From NCBI GenBank assembly GCA_047967505.1, contig CM106538.1: a stretch of 64,000 nt of DNA, one strand, 5' to 3'. This DNA is from Dipteris shenzhenensis (lineage: Eukaryota). A program made the translations under genes and the position numbers. Below, piece by piece: positions 1 to 13,775 of the stretch. The notes under the pieces are model-generated. The model made no database searches and was not told the origin of the DNA. It saw only the letters and a program-made list of their open reading frames with translations. Numbering within the stretch: position 1 is the stretch's first letter; every line of letters starts with the position of its first letter.

Positions 1-3000
1 CCAGCAACGGAATCTACATCGGGATCTACATCTACACAAACAGTTTCCACACCAGTAGCAGATCCTGCCATTGCCTGAGCTCAAGCAGAATGGGATAAGA
101 AAGACAAGTATGCCTATCACCTGATCAAGCAAAACGTGCAAGATATCATGCTAGGACAGCTCAACATAGTTAAGACGTCAAAAGAAGCATGGGATATGTT
201 CACAGCTCTCTACGAGTCCAAGAACACATCCAGGATTCTCACCCTGAGAAACCAGATCAACCAGAGTTTCTGCAATAGCAATGAAACCGGTCATGCTTAT
301 GTACTCCGCATCAAAGACTACAACAATCAACTTGCAGCAGCAGGAGAGACTATGAATCCCACAAAAATGGTTCAAGTAATCCTGAATGGACTAGGAGAAG
401 GATATGAGAATCTAGTCCAGAGTATTGCCATCCAATGGCAAATTCCAACACTGGAAGAACTTCAGTCAGTTCTACTTGGTGAAGAACTCAGGACTCAGGC
501 CATTCAAGCACATAAAGGTCATTCTAATGATCAGGCATTCACAGCTTCAGACAGAAGCAGAGGCAAAGGCAGAAACAGAGGTAGATCATATCAGAAAAGT
601 GGTAATCATCAACAAAGTCAAAATCAGCATCATCATCAACATCATCCTCATCAGCAACATCAGAATCAGCAAAGAGGAAATCATTCCAACCGAGGAAGAT
701 TCCAAGGACGAGGGAATGCATCCACCAATGTGTCAAACATTCAATGCAACTACTGTCACAAGTTTGGACACTATGAAAGAGATTGCTGCAAGAAGCAGTA
801 CGACCAAGGCGGTCAATCCAGCAATAATCGAGGGAATTCCCGAGGAAGAGGAAATCATCGTGGTGGACATTCTAGTCACAGTCATTTTGCAAATGAACAT
901 GGAAATATGTTTCTTGCAAGTGAGGAATTGCATGAGACTGATACAATGCACCTAGACACTGATTTCAATCCCAAAGAGGATTTCAGCTATCAAGTCGACC
1001 AAGTGGAACAGGATCCTTGGTACATCAACAGCGCTGCATCATCTCATATGACAAATCACTAGGAATGGTTCATAGAAATGAATCCATTAGAAGGTCAAAA
1101 GAATGTCATCTACACAGCAGACAATACACCGAATCCGGTTCAAGGGACAGGTGTTATCCCTATGAACAATTTCACTGGTACAAAAGGATTAGTCAAAGAT
1201 GTGCTCTATGTTCCAAAGCTCAGCAAGAACCTTTTGTCAGTAGGTCAAATGAAGGAACACAACTACAAAGTCATCTTCGACGGTGATGAATGCACTATCA
1301 GAGACAAATCCAAAAGAGGTCAGCTAGTAGCAAAAGGTGTCAAGGAAGGACGCTTATACAGGATGCTAGCTACAGTACCAGATAAGCATGCCATGTCAGC
1401 TCAAATGCAACAGATGCCACTATCTGCAAAATGGCACAAGAGATATGGTCATGTCAACTTCAAGTACTTGTTAGATCTCAGGAATCAGAATATGGCAATT
1501 GGGATTCCGAAGCTACAGTTTCTTGGAAAAGTTTGTGAAGCATGCTGCTTCGGCAAACAAAAGCGAACCAACTTTGTCAGAAGTACCTCTCATGCACGAG
1601 GTATTCTTGATTTGATTCATATAGATGTATGGGGTTATGCCCAGACCTGCAGCATCAATGGTTCACTTTATTACTTGACCTTCATCGACGACTACAACAG
1701 ATATTGTTGGGTCTACTTTCTGAAAGAGAAATCTAAAGTGTTTGCCAGATTTCAAGAATTCAAAGCCATGGTAGAAAACCAGACAGGCAGAAAGATCAAG
1801 GTCATGAGATCAGACAGAGGAGGTGAATACATGTCTTCAGCATTCATGAACTTTTGCAAAAATCACGGCATTCGAAAGACAATTCACATGTGCAGAAACT
1901 CCTCAGCAAAATGCAAGAGCTGAAAGGAAGAATGGGACTTTAGCAGACAGTGCTAATGCTTAGTGAAAAGCATCTTTCGAATCAGTATTGGGCAGAAGCA
2001 ATAGCTATAGCTAACTACTTGCTTAATTGGCTTCCTACCGAACCGATACAAGGTATGACTCCTTATGAAGCATTCACTGGACACAAGCCACACATTGGGC
2101 ATCTCCGCATATGCCCACATACATGATGATCATCGCAGGAAATTGGATGCGAAGTCACGCAAATGCATCATGGTTAGCTACAGTGAAGAAAGCAAAGCAT
2201 ACAAATTGTATGATCCCATCAACCGCAAAGTCATTATCTCCAGAGATGTAATCTTCGATGAGGAATCAGAATGGAAAACCTCACCTACACAGGAGATAGA
2301 AGCATCGACTTCACAGTCATCTACAAAACAGGTTGATGAAGAAGAGCAAGAATTGCCACCAACACCCCAAGCAGCGCCACAGCAGCTCAGACGGTCTACT
2401 AGGGAAAGCAGACCACTAGCCAGATTGACATATGCTCAGAAAGGCAAAGCAATTCAGGTGGAAACCACCAACTATGCTCTTATGACTACCATCATGGCTA
2501 TAGAAGAGCCAGTGTACTTCGAAGATGCAGAAGATAAGCCATAATGGCAAACTACTATGAATGAAGAAATGGATGCTTTGTATAAAAATAACACTTGGGA
2601 ATTATGCGACCTTCCACCAGGAAAGAAGGCCATAGCCAACAAATGGGTATACAAAGTGAAGTACAATCCAAATGGCAGTATTCAGAGATACAAAGCCAGA
2701 TTAGTTGCAAAAGGATTTGCACAACAATATGGCCAAGATTATGATGAGACTTATGCTCCAATAGCAAAGATGGATTCCATACGGTTCTTGATATCACTAG
2801 CGACACTCAGTAAATGGAATGTGTATCAGCTCGATGTCAAGAATGCATTTCTCAATGGTTATCTAGACGAGGAAGTCTACATGCATCAACCTGCCCGTTA
2901 TGTTGAACCAGGAAAGGAGAACAAGGTTTGCCATCTCAAGAAAAGCCTCTATGGCCTAAAGCAAGCACCCAGAAGTTGGTACAGTAGAATTGATAAGTAT

Positions 3001-4056
3001 TTTGCTGATCTGGGATACATGAAGTCCAATGCAGATCATACTCTCTACTACAAAGTTCAAGGGGAAGATATTACTATTGCACTTTTGTACGTAGATGATC
3101 TGATTGTGACAGGAAGCAAGGATAGCTTCATCAGAAAATTAAAACAAGACTTATCTGCAGAGTTTGACATGAAAGATCTTGGACTTATGCACTATTGTCT
3201 TGGAATTGAGTTCTGGAGAGATTCAGATGGCACATTCATGAGTCAGCTCAAATATGTTGACAGTCTTCTGAAGAAGTTTCATATGGCAGATTGCAAGATT
3301 GCAGCCACTCCCATGGAACAGAGTTTGAAACTTACTAAAGATTCAGAAAATCCTACAGTCAATGACAAATACTATAGGCAACTCATTGGATCTCTTATAT
3401 ATCTGACAATCACACGGCCAGATATTTGTTATGCAGTAAGCTCACTAGCACAGTTTATGGCAAATCCAAAACAGTCTCACTGGAATGCAGCCAAAAGAGT
3501 CTTGAGATACATCAGAGGTACAAGACAATTTGGGATAGAATACAGAGGAAGTCATCCACGGTTGCATGGATACTGTGACAGTGACTATGCTGGAGATCAT
3601 GAGACCAAGAGATCGACACAGGGATATGCATTTTTCCCTGGTCAAGGTGCTATATCATGGTTGTCAAACAAACAGCCAACTGTTTCTTTGTCTTCGACTA
3701 AAGCAGAATATAGAGCACTCACTACAGGTGCATGTGAGGCTATATGGCTCAGAAGACTATTGTCAGAAACAGATTACTTTGATGAGTCAAAGCCAACAAC
3801 AATATACTGTGATAATCAATCGGCTCAAGCATTGGCCAAAAATCCAGTATATCACTCCAGGACAAAGCACATTGATGTCAGAGAGCACTTCATCAGAGAA
3901 AGAGTGTTACTTGGTGACATCACACTGCAGCATTGTGATAGCAAAGAAAATGTTGCAGACATCTTTACCAAACCACTCGGTAAAGAGCTATTCGAGAAAC
4001 ACCGACTAGCTCTTGGTTTGATGCAGAGGAAGGACATTCCCATTAAAGGGGTGTGA
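1..4056 (+). pseudogene. gag-pol: copia gag-pol polyprotein, disrupted (stops near 1060, 1921 and 2542; deletions/frameshifts ~1880-2110); RT-RNaseH ORF 2557-4056 still open
   Basis: ORFs 136-1062, 1078-1923, 2065-2544 and 2557-4056 carry consecutive copia domains. Confidence 0.95.
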
Positions 4057-4135
4057 TGGAATGTAATGCTCAGTCCTTCTTCTATTCCCCAGAATCATCA
4101 TCTTGAGGGAAGGCCTACTTCATGATGTTGATCTT

Positions 4136-4144
4136 GAGGGAAGG
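4136..4144 (+). promoter_or_regulatory. polypurine tract of A1 (a second TTGAGGGAAGG copy lies ~30 bp upstream)
   Basis: GAGGGAAGG immediately before the TGTTG LTR start. Confidence 0.85.
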
Positions 4145-4401
4145 TGTTGAGAGTTCACGCTCAACATCATGTGATCATGTGTGCATAGCACCATCACGTG
4201 ATCATATGTGCATAGCACTAACCTTATAGAGTGCTATAAAGGAAAGGGTTAGATCCCCTAACCCTAACCCTAAAAGGGTTTGTATATATTCTATTTTTTC
4301 AACTAATTCTAGTGTACAGTTAGTCATTTGTGGTGTGCTCTCTAGCTGTGCCCTCTCTCCTCATGTCCACTCTTCTCCTCTCCCCTCTTCATATTTTGTC
4401 A
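4145..4401 (+). repeat. 3' LTR of A1 (257 bp, TG...CA)
   Basis: TGTTGAGAG...TTTTGTCA; nearly identical to 38190-38446 and 46718-46974; contains TATAAA and (CCCTAA)3. Confidence 0.95.
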
Positions 4402-4541
4402 AAGATAGTGGGAGAGAGCGAAGGAGTCTCACTTGCAGCTTTCTCACATACACAATGGGGGAATACACATAAATATGTAGGGAGGGGAGCACCAGCTTTT
4501 GTGAAGGCTCAGAATGTCATTTTCCCTTATGTGCCCAAGCC
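4402..4541 (-). repeat. truncated LTR fragment related to copia family B
   Basis: AGTGGGAGAGAG..AAGGAGTCTCACTTG.AGCTTTCTCACATACACAATGGGGGAATACA matches the B LTRs at ~38030 and ~52275. Confidence 0.8.
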
Positions 4542-7500
4542 ACTACCATTCTCCACTGGTGGCATTCTCCACAGAGATTGGCACAATTCCATATGATCTC
4601 TGCACATGTGAGTTTAGGCTTCTCAATGACATTTCTTAGGGCCTAATAAGAGATTGGCACCACTGCCATTCTTCACTTGTACAAATGTTTACCATACTAT
4701 TCTAGGAGGGGTATTCCAGTGATCATAGGAGAGTGGTGTCCGATTCCAATCCACATGTGAGTTTGATGATCTCAGAGATTGACACAATTCCATATGATCT
4801 CTACACAGCGGAGACAGTGAGCACTACATAAAAGAATCCACATGTGAGTTTATGATTCCTTGTGCATGTTTTCAGGTCATGGTACGAGATTGGCACCACT
4901 ACCATTCTCCACTGTTGGCATTCTCCACAGAGATTAACACAATTCCATATGATCTCTACACAGCGGAGACAGTGACCACTACATAAAAGAATGCACATGT
5001 GAGTTTAGGCTTCTCAATGCCATTTCTTAGGGCCTAATAAGAGATTGGCACCACTACCATTCTCTTGTACAAATGTTTACCCTACTATTCTAGGAGGGGT
5101 ATTCCAATGATCATAGGAGAGTGGTGTCCGATTCCAATCCACATGTGAGTCTGATGATCTCAGTATCATTATGTAGGTGCCACCATGAGTTCGGCATCAC
5201 TGCCATTGTCCACTAGTGGTAGTCTAGACAAACTAAACCTATAGATTGACATTCCAAGGCCTAATAAGAGATTGACACAATTCCATATGATCTCTACACA
5301 GCGGAGACAGTGATCACTACATAGAAGAATGCACATGTGAGTTTAGGCTTCTCAATGCCATTTCTTAGGGCCTAATAAGAGATTGGCACCACTGCCATTC
5401 TCCACTTGTACAAATGTTCACCCTACTATTCTAGGAGGGGCATTCCAATGATCATAGGAGAGTGGTGTCCGATTCCAATCCACATGTGAGTTTGATGAAC
5501 TCAGAGATTGACACAATTCCATATGATCTCTACATAGCGGAGACAGTGATCTCTACATAGAAGAATGCACATGTGAGTTTAGGATTCCTTGTGCATGTTT
5601 GTAGGTCATGTTATGAGATTGGCACCACTACCATTCTCCACTGGTGGCATTCTCCACAGAGATTGACACAATTCCATATGATCTCTACACAGCGGAGACA
5701 GTGATCACTACATAGAAGAATGCACATTACCACTAGCGGAGAATGGCAGTAGGATAATGGCAAAAGTGCCAATGCACATGTGAGTTTAGGATTCCTTGTG
5801 CATGCTTTCAGGTCATGGTATGAGATTTGCACCACTACCATTCTCCACTGGTGGCATTCTCCACAAAGATTGGCACAATTCCATATGATATATGCACATG
5901 TGAGTTTAGGCTTCTCAATGACATTTCTTAGGGCCTAATAAGAGATTGGCACCACTGCCATTCTTCACTTGTATAAATGTTTACCCTACTATTCTAGGAG
6001 GGGTATTCCAGTGATCATAGGAGAGTGGTGTGCGATTCCAATCCACATGTGAGTTTGATGATCTCAGAGATTGACACAATTCCATATGATCTCTACATAG
6101 CGGAGATAGTGATCACTACATAAAAGAATGCACATGTGAGTATAGGATTCCTTGTGCACCACTGCCATTCTCCATTGGTGGCATTCTATAATGGCAAAAT
6201 TGCCAATCCACATGTGAGTTTATGATTCCTGGTGCATGTTTTCAGGTCATGGTATGAGATTGGCACCACTACCATTCTCCACTGTTGGCATTCTCCATAG
6301 AGATTAACACAATTCCATACGATCTCTACACAGCGGAGGCAGTGACCACTACATAGAAGAATGCACATGTGAGTTTCTCAATGCCATTTCTTAGGGCCTA
6401 ATAAGAGATTGGAACCACTACCATTCTCTTGTACAAATGTTTACCCTACTATTCTAGGAGGGGTATTCCAATGATCATAGGAGAGTGATGTCCAATTCCA
6501 ATCCACATGTGAGTCTGATGATCTCAGTATCATTATGTAGGTGCCACCATGAGTTTGGCATCACTGCCATTGTCCACTAGACAAACTAAACCTATAGATT
6601 GACATTCCAAGGCCTAATAAGAGATTGACACAATTCCATATGATCTCTACACAGCGGAGACAGTGATCACTACATAGAAGAATGAGCATGTGAGTTTAGG
6701 CTTCTCAATGCCATTTCTTAGGGCCTAATAAGAGATTGGCACCACTGGCATTCTCCACTTGTACAAATGTTCACCCTACTATTCTAGGAGGGGTATTCCA
6801 ATGATTATAGGAGAGTGGTGCCCGATTCCAATCCACATGTGAGTTTGATGAACTCAGAGATTGACACAATTCCATATGATCTCTACACAGTGGAGACAGT
6901 GATCTCTACATAGAAGAATGCACATGTGAGTTTAGGATTCCTTGTGCATGTTTGCAGGTCATGTTATGAGATTGGCACCACTACCATTCTCCACTGGTGG
7001 CATTCTCCACAGAGATTGACATAATTCCATATGATCTCTACACAGCGGAGACAGTGATCACTACATAGAAGAATGAGCATGTGAGTTTAGGCTTCTCAAT
7101 GCCATTTCTTAGGGCCTAATAAGAGATTGGCACCACTGCCATTCTCCACTTGTACAAATGTTCACCCTACTATTCTAGGAGGGGTATTCCAATGATCATA
7201 GGAGAGTGGTGTCCGATTCTAATCCACATGTGAGTTTGATGAACTCAAAGATTGACACAATTCCATATGATCTCTACACAGCGGAGACAGTGATCTCTAC
7301 ATAGAAGAATGTACATGTGAGTTTAGGATTCCTTGTGCATGTTTGCAGGTCATGTTATGAGATTGGCACCACTACCATTCTCCACTAGTGGCATTCTCCA
7401 GAGAGATTGACACAATTCCATATGATCTCTACATAGCAGAGACAATGATCACTACATAGAAGAATGCACATTACCACTAGCAGACAATGGTACTAGGATA

Positions 7501-10500
7501 ATGGCAAAAGTGCCAATGCACATGTGAGTTTAGGATTCCTTGTGCATGTTTTCAGGTCATGGTATGAGATTGGCACCACTGCCATTCTCCACTGGTGGCA
7601 TTCTCCACAGAGATTGACACAATTCCATATGATCTCTGAACATGTGAGTTTAGGCTTCTCAATGCCATTTCTTAGGGCCTAATAAGAGATTGGCACCACT
7701 GCCATTCTCCACTTGTACAAATGTTTAGCCTACTATTCTAGCAGGGGTATTCCAGTGATCATAGGAGAGTCGTGTCCTATTCCATTCCACATCTGAGTTT
7801 GATGATCTCAGTGTCATTATGTAGTTGCAAGCATGAGATTGGCACCACTGCCATTCTCCGCTAGTAGTAGTCTAGACAAACTGAACCTATAGCTTGACAT
7901 TCTTAGGCCCTAATAAGAGATTGGCACCACTGCCATTCTCCACTTGTACAAATGTTTACCCTACTATTCTAGGAGGGGTATTCCAATCATCATAGGAGAG
8001 TGGTCTCCGATTCCAATCCACATGTGAGTCTGATGATCTCAGTGTCATTATGTAGGTGCCACCATGAGTTTGGCATCACTGCCATTTTCCACTAGTGGTT
8101 GTCTAGACAAACTAAACCTATAGATTGACATTCCACTACATAGAAGAATGCACATTACCACTAGCGGAGAATGGCAGTAGGATAAAGGCAAAAGTGCCAA
8201 TGCACATGTGAGATTGGCACCACTACCATTCTCCACTGTTGGCATTCTCCACAGAGATTGACACAATTCCATGTGATCTCTGCACATGTGAGTTTAGGCT
8301 TCTCAATGCCATTTCTTAGGGCCTAATAAGAGATTGGCACCACTGCCATTCTCCACTTGTACAAATGTTTACCCTACTATTCTAGGAGGGGTATTCTAGT
8401 GATCATAGGAGAGTGGTGTCCTATTCCATTCCACATGTGAGTTTGATGATTTCAGAGATTGACACAATTCCTTATGATCTCTGCACAGCGGAGACAGTGA
8501 TCACTACATAGAAGAATGCACATGTGAGTTTAGGCTTCTCAATGCCATTTCTTAGGGCCTAATAAGAGATTTGCACCACTTTTATTCTCCACTTGTACAG
8601 ATGTTCACCCTACTATTCTAGGAGGGGTATTCTAGTGATCATAGGAGAGTGGTGTCCTATTCCATTCCACATGTGAGTTTGATGATCTCAGTGTCATTAT
8701 GTAGTTGCCAGCATGAGATTGGCATCACTGCCATTCTCCGCTAGTGGTTTTCTAGACAAACTGAACCTATAGATTGACATTCCACTAATTTTATTGGCTA
8801 CAGTAGGATAATGGCAAAAGTGCCAATGCACATGTGAGCTTAGGATTCCTTGTGCAGGTTATTAGGTCATGGTATGAGATTGGTACCACTACCATTCTCC
8901 ACTGGTGGCATTCTCCACAGAGATTGACACAATTCCATATGATCTTTGCACAGCAGAGATAGTGATCACTACATATAAGAATGCACATGTGAGTTTAGGC
9001 TTCTCAATGCCATTTCTTAGGCCCTAATAAGAGATTCGCACCACTGCCATTCTCAACTAATAAGAGATTGACATTCCACTAATTTTATTGGCATCACTGC
9101 CATTATCCACTAGTGCTAGTGTAGATAAACTAAACCTATAGATTGACATTCCATGGCCTAATAAGAGATTGACACAATTCCATATGATCTCTACAATGAT
9201 CACTACATAGAAGAATGCACATGTGAGTTTAGGCTTCTCAATGCCATTTCTTAGGGCCTAATAAGAGATTGGCACCACTACCATTCTCCGCTAGTGGTAA
9301 TCTAGACAAACTAATCCTATAGATTGACATTCCACTAATTTTATTGCCTGCAGTAGGATAATGGCAAAAGTGCTAATGCACATGTGAGTTTAGGATTCCT
9401 TGTGCATGTTTTCAGGTCATGGTATGAGATTGGCACCACTGCCATTCTCCATTGGTGGCATTCTCCACAGATTGACACAATTCTATATGATCTCTGCACA
9501 TGTGAGTTTAGGCTTCTCCACAGAGATTAACATAATTCCATATGATCTCTACACAGCGGAGACAGTGATGACTACATAGAAGGATGCACATGTGAGTTTA
9601 GGATTCCTTGTGCACCACTGCCATTCTCCACTGGTGGCATTCTCCATAGATATTGACACAAATCCATATGATCTCTGCACAGCGGAGATAGTGATCACTA
9701 CATAGAAGAATGCACATGTGAGTTTAGGCTTCTCAATGCCTTTTCTTAGGGCCTAATAAGAGATTGTCACCACTACCATTCTCCACTTGTACAAATGTTT
9801 ACCCTACTATTCTAGGAGGGGTATTCTAGTGATCATAGGAGAGTGGTGTCCGATTCCAATCCAAATGTGAGTTTAGGATTCCATATGATCTCTACACAGT
9901 GGAGACAATGATCACTACATAGAAGAATGCACATGTGAGTTTAGGATTCCTTGTGCATGTTTTCAGGTCATGGTATGGGATTGGCACCACTGCCACTCTC
10001 CACTGGTGGCATTCTCCACAGAGATTGACACAATTCCATATGATCTCTACACATGTGAGTTTAGGCTTCTCAATGCCATCTCTTAGGGCCTAATAAGAGA
10101 TTGGCACCATTGCCATTCTCCATTTGTACAGATGTTTACCCTACTATTCGAGGAGGGTATTCCAGTGATCATAGGAGAGTGGTGTCCTATTCCATTCCAC
10201 ATGTGAGTTTGATGATCTTAGTGTCTTTATGTAGTTGCCATCATGAGATTGGCATCACTGCCATTCTCCGCTAGTGGTAATCTAGACAAACTGAACCTAT
10301 AGATTGACATTCCACTAATTTTATTGGCTGCAGTAGGATAATGGCAAAAGTGCCAATGCACATGTGAGTTTAGGATTCCTTGTGCATGTTTTCAGGTCAT
10401 GGTATGAGATTGGCACCACTGCCATTCTCCACTTGTACAAATGTTTACCCTGCTATTCTAGGAGGGGTATTCCAGTGATCATAGGAGAGTGGTGAACATT

Positions 10501-10920
10501 TGTACACAGCGGAGATAGTGATCACTACATAGAAGAATGCACATGTGAGTTTAGGCTTCTCCACTAGTGGTAATCTAGACAACTAAACCTATAGATTGAC
10601 ATTCCACTAATTTTATTGGCTGCACATGTGAGTTTAGGCTTCAGAGTGCCATTTCCTAGGGCCTAATAAGAGATTGGCACCACTGCCATTCTCCACTGGT
10701 ACAAATGTTTACCCTAATATTCTAGGAGGGGTATTCCAAGGATCATAGGAGAATGGTGCCCGATTCCAATCCAGATAAACTAAACTTGTAGATTGACATT
10801 CCACAAATTTTATTGGGTGCAATAGTGTAATGGCAAAAGTGCCAATGCACATGTGAGTTTAGGATTCCTTGTGCATGTTTTCAGGTCCTGGTATGAGATT
10901 GGCACCACTACCACTCTCAC
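4542..10920. repeat. modular (shuffled-block) satellite array
   Basis: Dozens of copies of blocks GAGATTGGCACCACTGCCATTCTCCAC, GCACATGTGAGTTTAGG, TACTATTCTAGGAGGGGTATTCC and GATTGACACAATTCCATATGATCTCTACACAGCGGAGAC in variable order; ~1.3-kb higher-order duplication (4542 vs ~5832). Confidence 0.95.
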
Positions 10921-11520
10921 AGACTTCTTATGAGGTCTTGGAGAATGGCACTGGTGCCATTCTCCATTTAAAATTAGAAATTCAAATTTTAAATTTGCCA
11001 TTCAAAAATGAAAATCAAAATTGAGATTGAAGTTTAACTTGAAATCAAAATTTGAAAACTAGAATTTCGGTTTTGAAATACAATTTCAAACAGAATAATT
11101 TGAATTTGAATTTAAATTTAATATTGGAGAGAATGGCATATGTGCCACTCTATATATCCAAATTCAAAAGGAAACAATGGTGGGAAGAGCACTGGTGCCA
11201 CTCTCACGGACTTCTTATGAGGTCTTGGAGAATGGCACTGGTGCCATTCTCCATTTAAAATTAGAAATTTAATCTCTAAATTTGCCATTCAATCATGAAA
11301 ATCAAAATTGAGATTGAAGTTTAACTTGAAATCAAAATATAAAAACTAGAATTTAGGTTTTGAAATACAATTTCAAAAGAATAATTTCAATTTGAAATAC
11401 AAATTGAAATTAAAATTATCAATATGAATTTGAATTTAAATTTAATATTGGACAGAATGGCATAAGTGCCACTCTATATATCCAAAATTCAAAAGGGCAC
11501 AATGGCGGGAAGAGCTATAT
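10905..11520. repeat. ~290-bp AT-rich direct duplication ending the satellite
   Basis: CACTCTCAC(A/G)GACTTCTTATGAGGTCTTGGAGAATGGCACTGGTGCCATTCTCCATTTAAAATTAGAAATT at ~10912 and ~11199. Confidence 0.85.
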
Positions 11521-12977
11521 TTCAAAATTTGAATTATTTAGTAGTTTCAAATCAAGACCTTTTCTCTCATTTCAATTGATGCCTTTCCCTCATTCACTTT
11601 CTATTCATTCCAAAGCGGATTGGAGAGGAGTCTCAGAGTCTGAGAGTTTTACTCACCACAGCTCGCACGGAGAGTCTTGAGGCAAGAAGGCAACCAATGG
11701 CTCGATAGCCTGAACTCCACCGGAGCTGCAAAGTTGATGGAGCTGGAACGAAACAACACAATTGACGCTCAATCAATTTGGTAGCTTCCTCTTTAATTTT
11801 TGGATTTTTTGCTTTCTTTCTTGCAATTTGGCTTCCTCCTCCACCATCGAGGCAACAAGATAACAGGAGGGTTGAAAGAAAGAGAGGAGAGATATACCCG
11901 TGACGGACTCTTACTGCTCGATGCACTTGATCCTAGACTCTTACGAAGCACTGATTTTCTATTCTTTAAGGAACGAAGCGCTCCTTTGGATTCGCCATAG
12001 CCAATTCCTATATCTTATTAAGCTTTCCATAGTTAAATTCGCCATAGCCAACTCCCTGCCATAGCCACTCCTATCTTAGAGTCTATGCTCAAACTCTTGT
12101 GAGAGCCTTGAGAACATGGCAGTCTTGTCGAACACCTTCTTGCCACATCTGAGAAGAGCAAAGCGTACGTTAATCAAATTACGAAAGCTTACAAAAGTTT
12201 TGAAAGCTTACGTTAATCATCTCAGTGAGCATACGAAATTTTTGTCAAGGGATTACATCTAAGAGAGCACCTGCATGAAGGCTCAAGCGAACGGTGAGCA
12301 TGACCAAATGCGTAAAGATGGAGGTGGCGAAATGCAGGAATTGATTCCGTTCATATCTTTGGAAGTGCGAATCCCTTCATTCTTTGGAAAAGCGAATCCT
12401 TCATGCTTCAATCTTTGGAAAAGCGAATCCTTCATGCTTCTTTGGAAGTGTGAATCCCTTCAATCTTTGGAAAAGCAAAGAGTATGAATTAAAGCGAGCG
12501 GCGAGCTTGAGTAGATGAGTGAAAGGCAGGGCCAGTGGATCTTGATGGAGAGAAATAGAAGAAAGGAAGATAAAGGGAGGAACCAAAAAACAAGTCCTCA
12601 ACAAAGAGACATGAAAAGCGAGGGCAAGCGACGAGTAGATGAAGCGAAAGTAGGCGAGCGGCGAGCGGCGAGCTTGATGAGTGAAAGGCAGAAGAAAGGT
12701 AAGCTAAAGGGAGGAACCCAAAAAGCAAAGGGGCAAGGAAAGTGGAGACAAAAGTGCAGGATTTACTTGTGAGAACTACGCTTGAGCTAGCTTGAGCCAC
12801 GCGCACGATGAGATCCACAGCAGCACGGCATGCGAGGCAATCAACATAGGGCAACGAGATGAAAGAGAAGGTACTAGGGTTTTTCAATTTTTTACCTTCA
12901 TTAGTTTAACCTTTTGCATTTCGTTAAAAAAAAAATTTAACACATTTAATATATCCTACCTATGCACTTTTTTTTAA

Positions 12978-13775
12978 TGTAACGAAGTTAGAGATGTGTC
13001 ATTGAGCTTCAAGTATACACTTGGGCTCCATAAACCACACAAGGCTCTAGAAGCCTCTTGTAATAGGCCTTGACAAGAACTACAGTCTTTTCAAGAGCAT
13101 AAGAATGTACTTCAATAACTACTTATATTGAAATAAGTTCTCATTGGAGTTTAGAATTCAAGCTTCAAGAGCAACACATAAAAATATAGTCAATGTTGTC
13201 TAGACATACTCATAGTGATGTAGAAGTCATAGACTTTGTGCAAATTCACAAACCTCTGCCTCTCTCTCTCTCATAGAAGGGAATTCCACACACAAATCCT
13301 ATCAAACATAAATTTCAAACAACAAGAAAATGAGTTCCTAGGGGGCTCCTACAATCAAGCTCTAGAGCTCTCTAATATAAATGGGAACTATACTACTCAA
13401 AGAAATGGTGAAGATGGGCAATGTTGTAGAGGGAGGGCGTTGTAGCATAACAAAACCAAGGGCTTACAAGAGAGAGACACTATAGGGGGGAGAAGAACAC
13501 CATGGGCTGATATAAAGATAGGGGTGAGAGAGAGGGGACAAGATGACTAATTGTACACTACATTAGAAAATGAAGATAGGGGTAAATATACATCTTAGTG
13601 GATAATGACTATTCCTTATAATCCACATGTTGAGGATAAAAGTGCAATTTAGCACTTTTTAAACAATTTATGGCTAGGTTGCAATGAAAGGTTAGCTGTG
13701 TCAAGAGGGCAAATCTATTTGAAGGGCACTTATCGAGATTGTCAATGGCTTGACCATAAAATTTAAGCCGCTACA
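12978..13775. mobile_element. probable solo LTR (~800 bp)
   Basis: Inverted termini TGTAACG...CGCTACA; flanks TTAA/TTAG are only an imperfect TSD; no coding content. Confidence 0.5.

Larger units (their letters stand above)
1..4401 (+). mobile_element. Ty1/copia LTR retrotransposon, family A, copy A1 (5' part outside window)
   Basis: Gag (CNYCHKFGHYERDC knuckle), protease (WYINSAASSHMT), GAG-pre-integrase/integrase (WHKRYGH, CEAC, HIDVWG, RSDRGGEY), RT (QLDVKNAFLNG, YVDD) and RNase H (DNQSA, HSRTKHID, ADIFTK) in copia order, then PPT and LTR. Confidence 0.97.

Noticed and set aside
178-4043. Antisense and alternative-frame ORFs overlapping copia gag-pol (also in A2, B and C)
   Set aside because: Shadow ORFs; they recur in A1 and A2 only because the two copies are closely related.
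4801-11001. Recurrent small minus-strand ORFs (MCILLCS..., WRMVVVPIS...)
   Set aside because: They are translations of satellite modules with frequent stops and no consistent frame.
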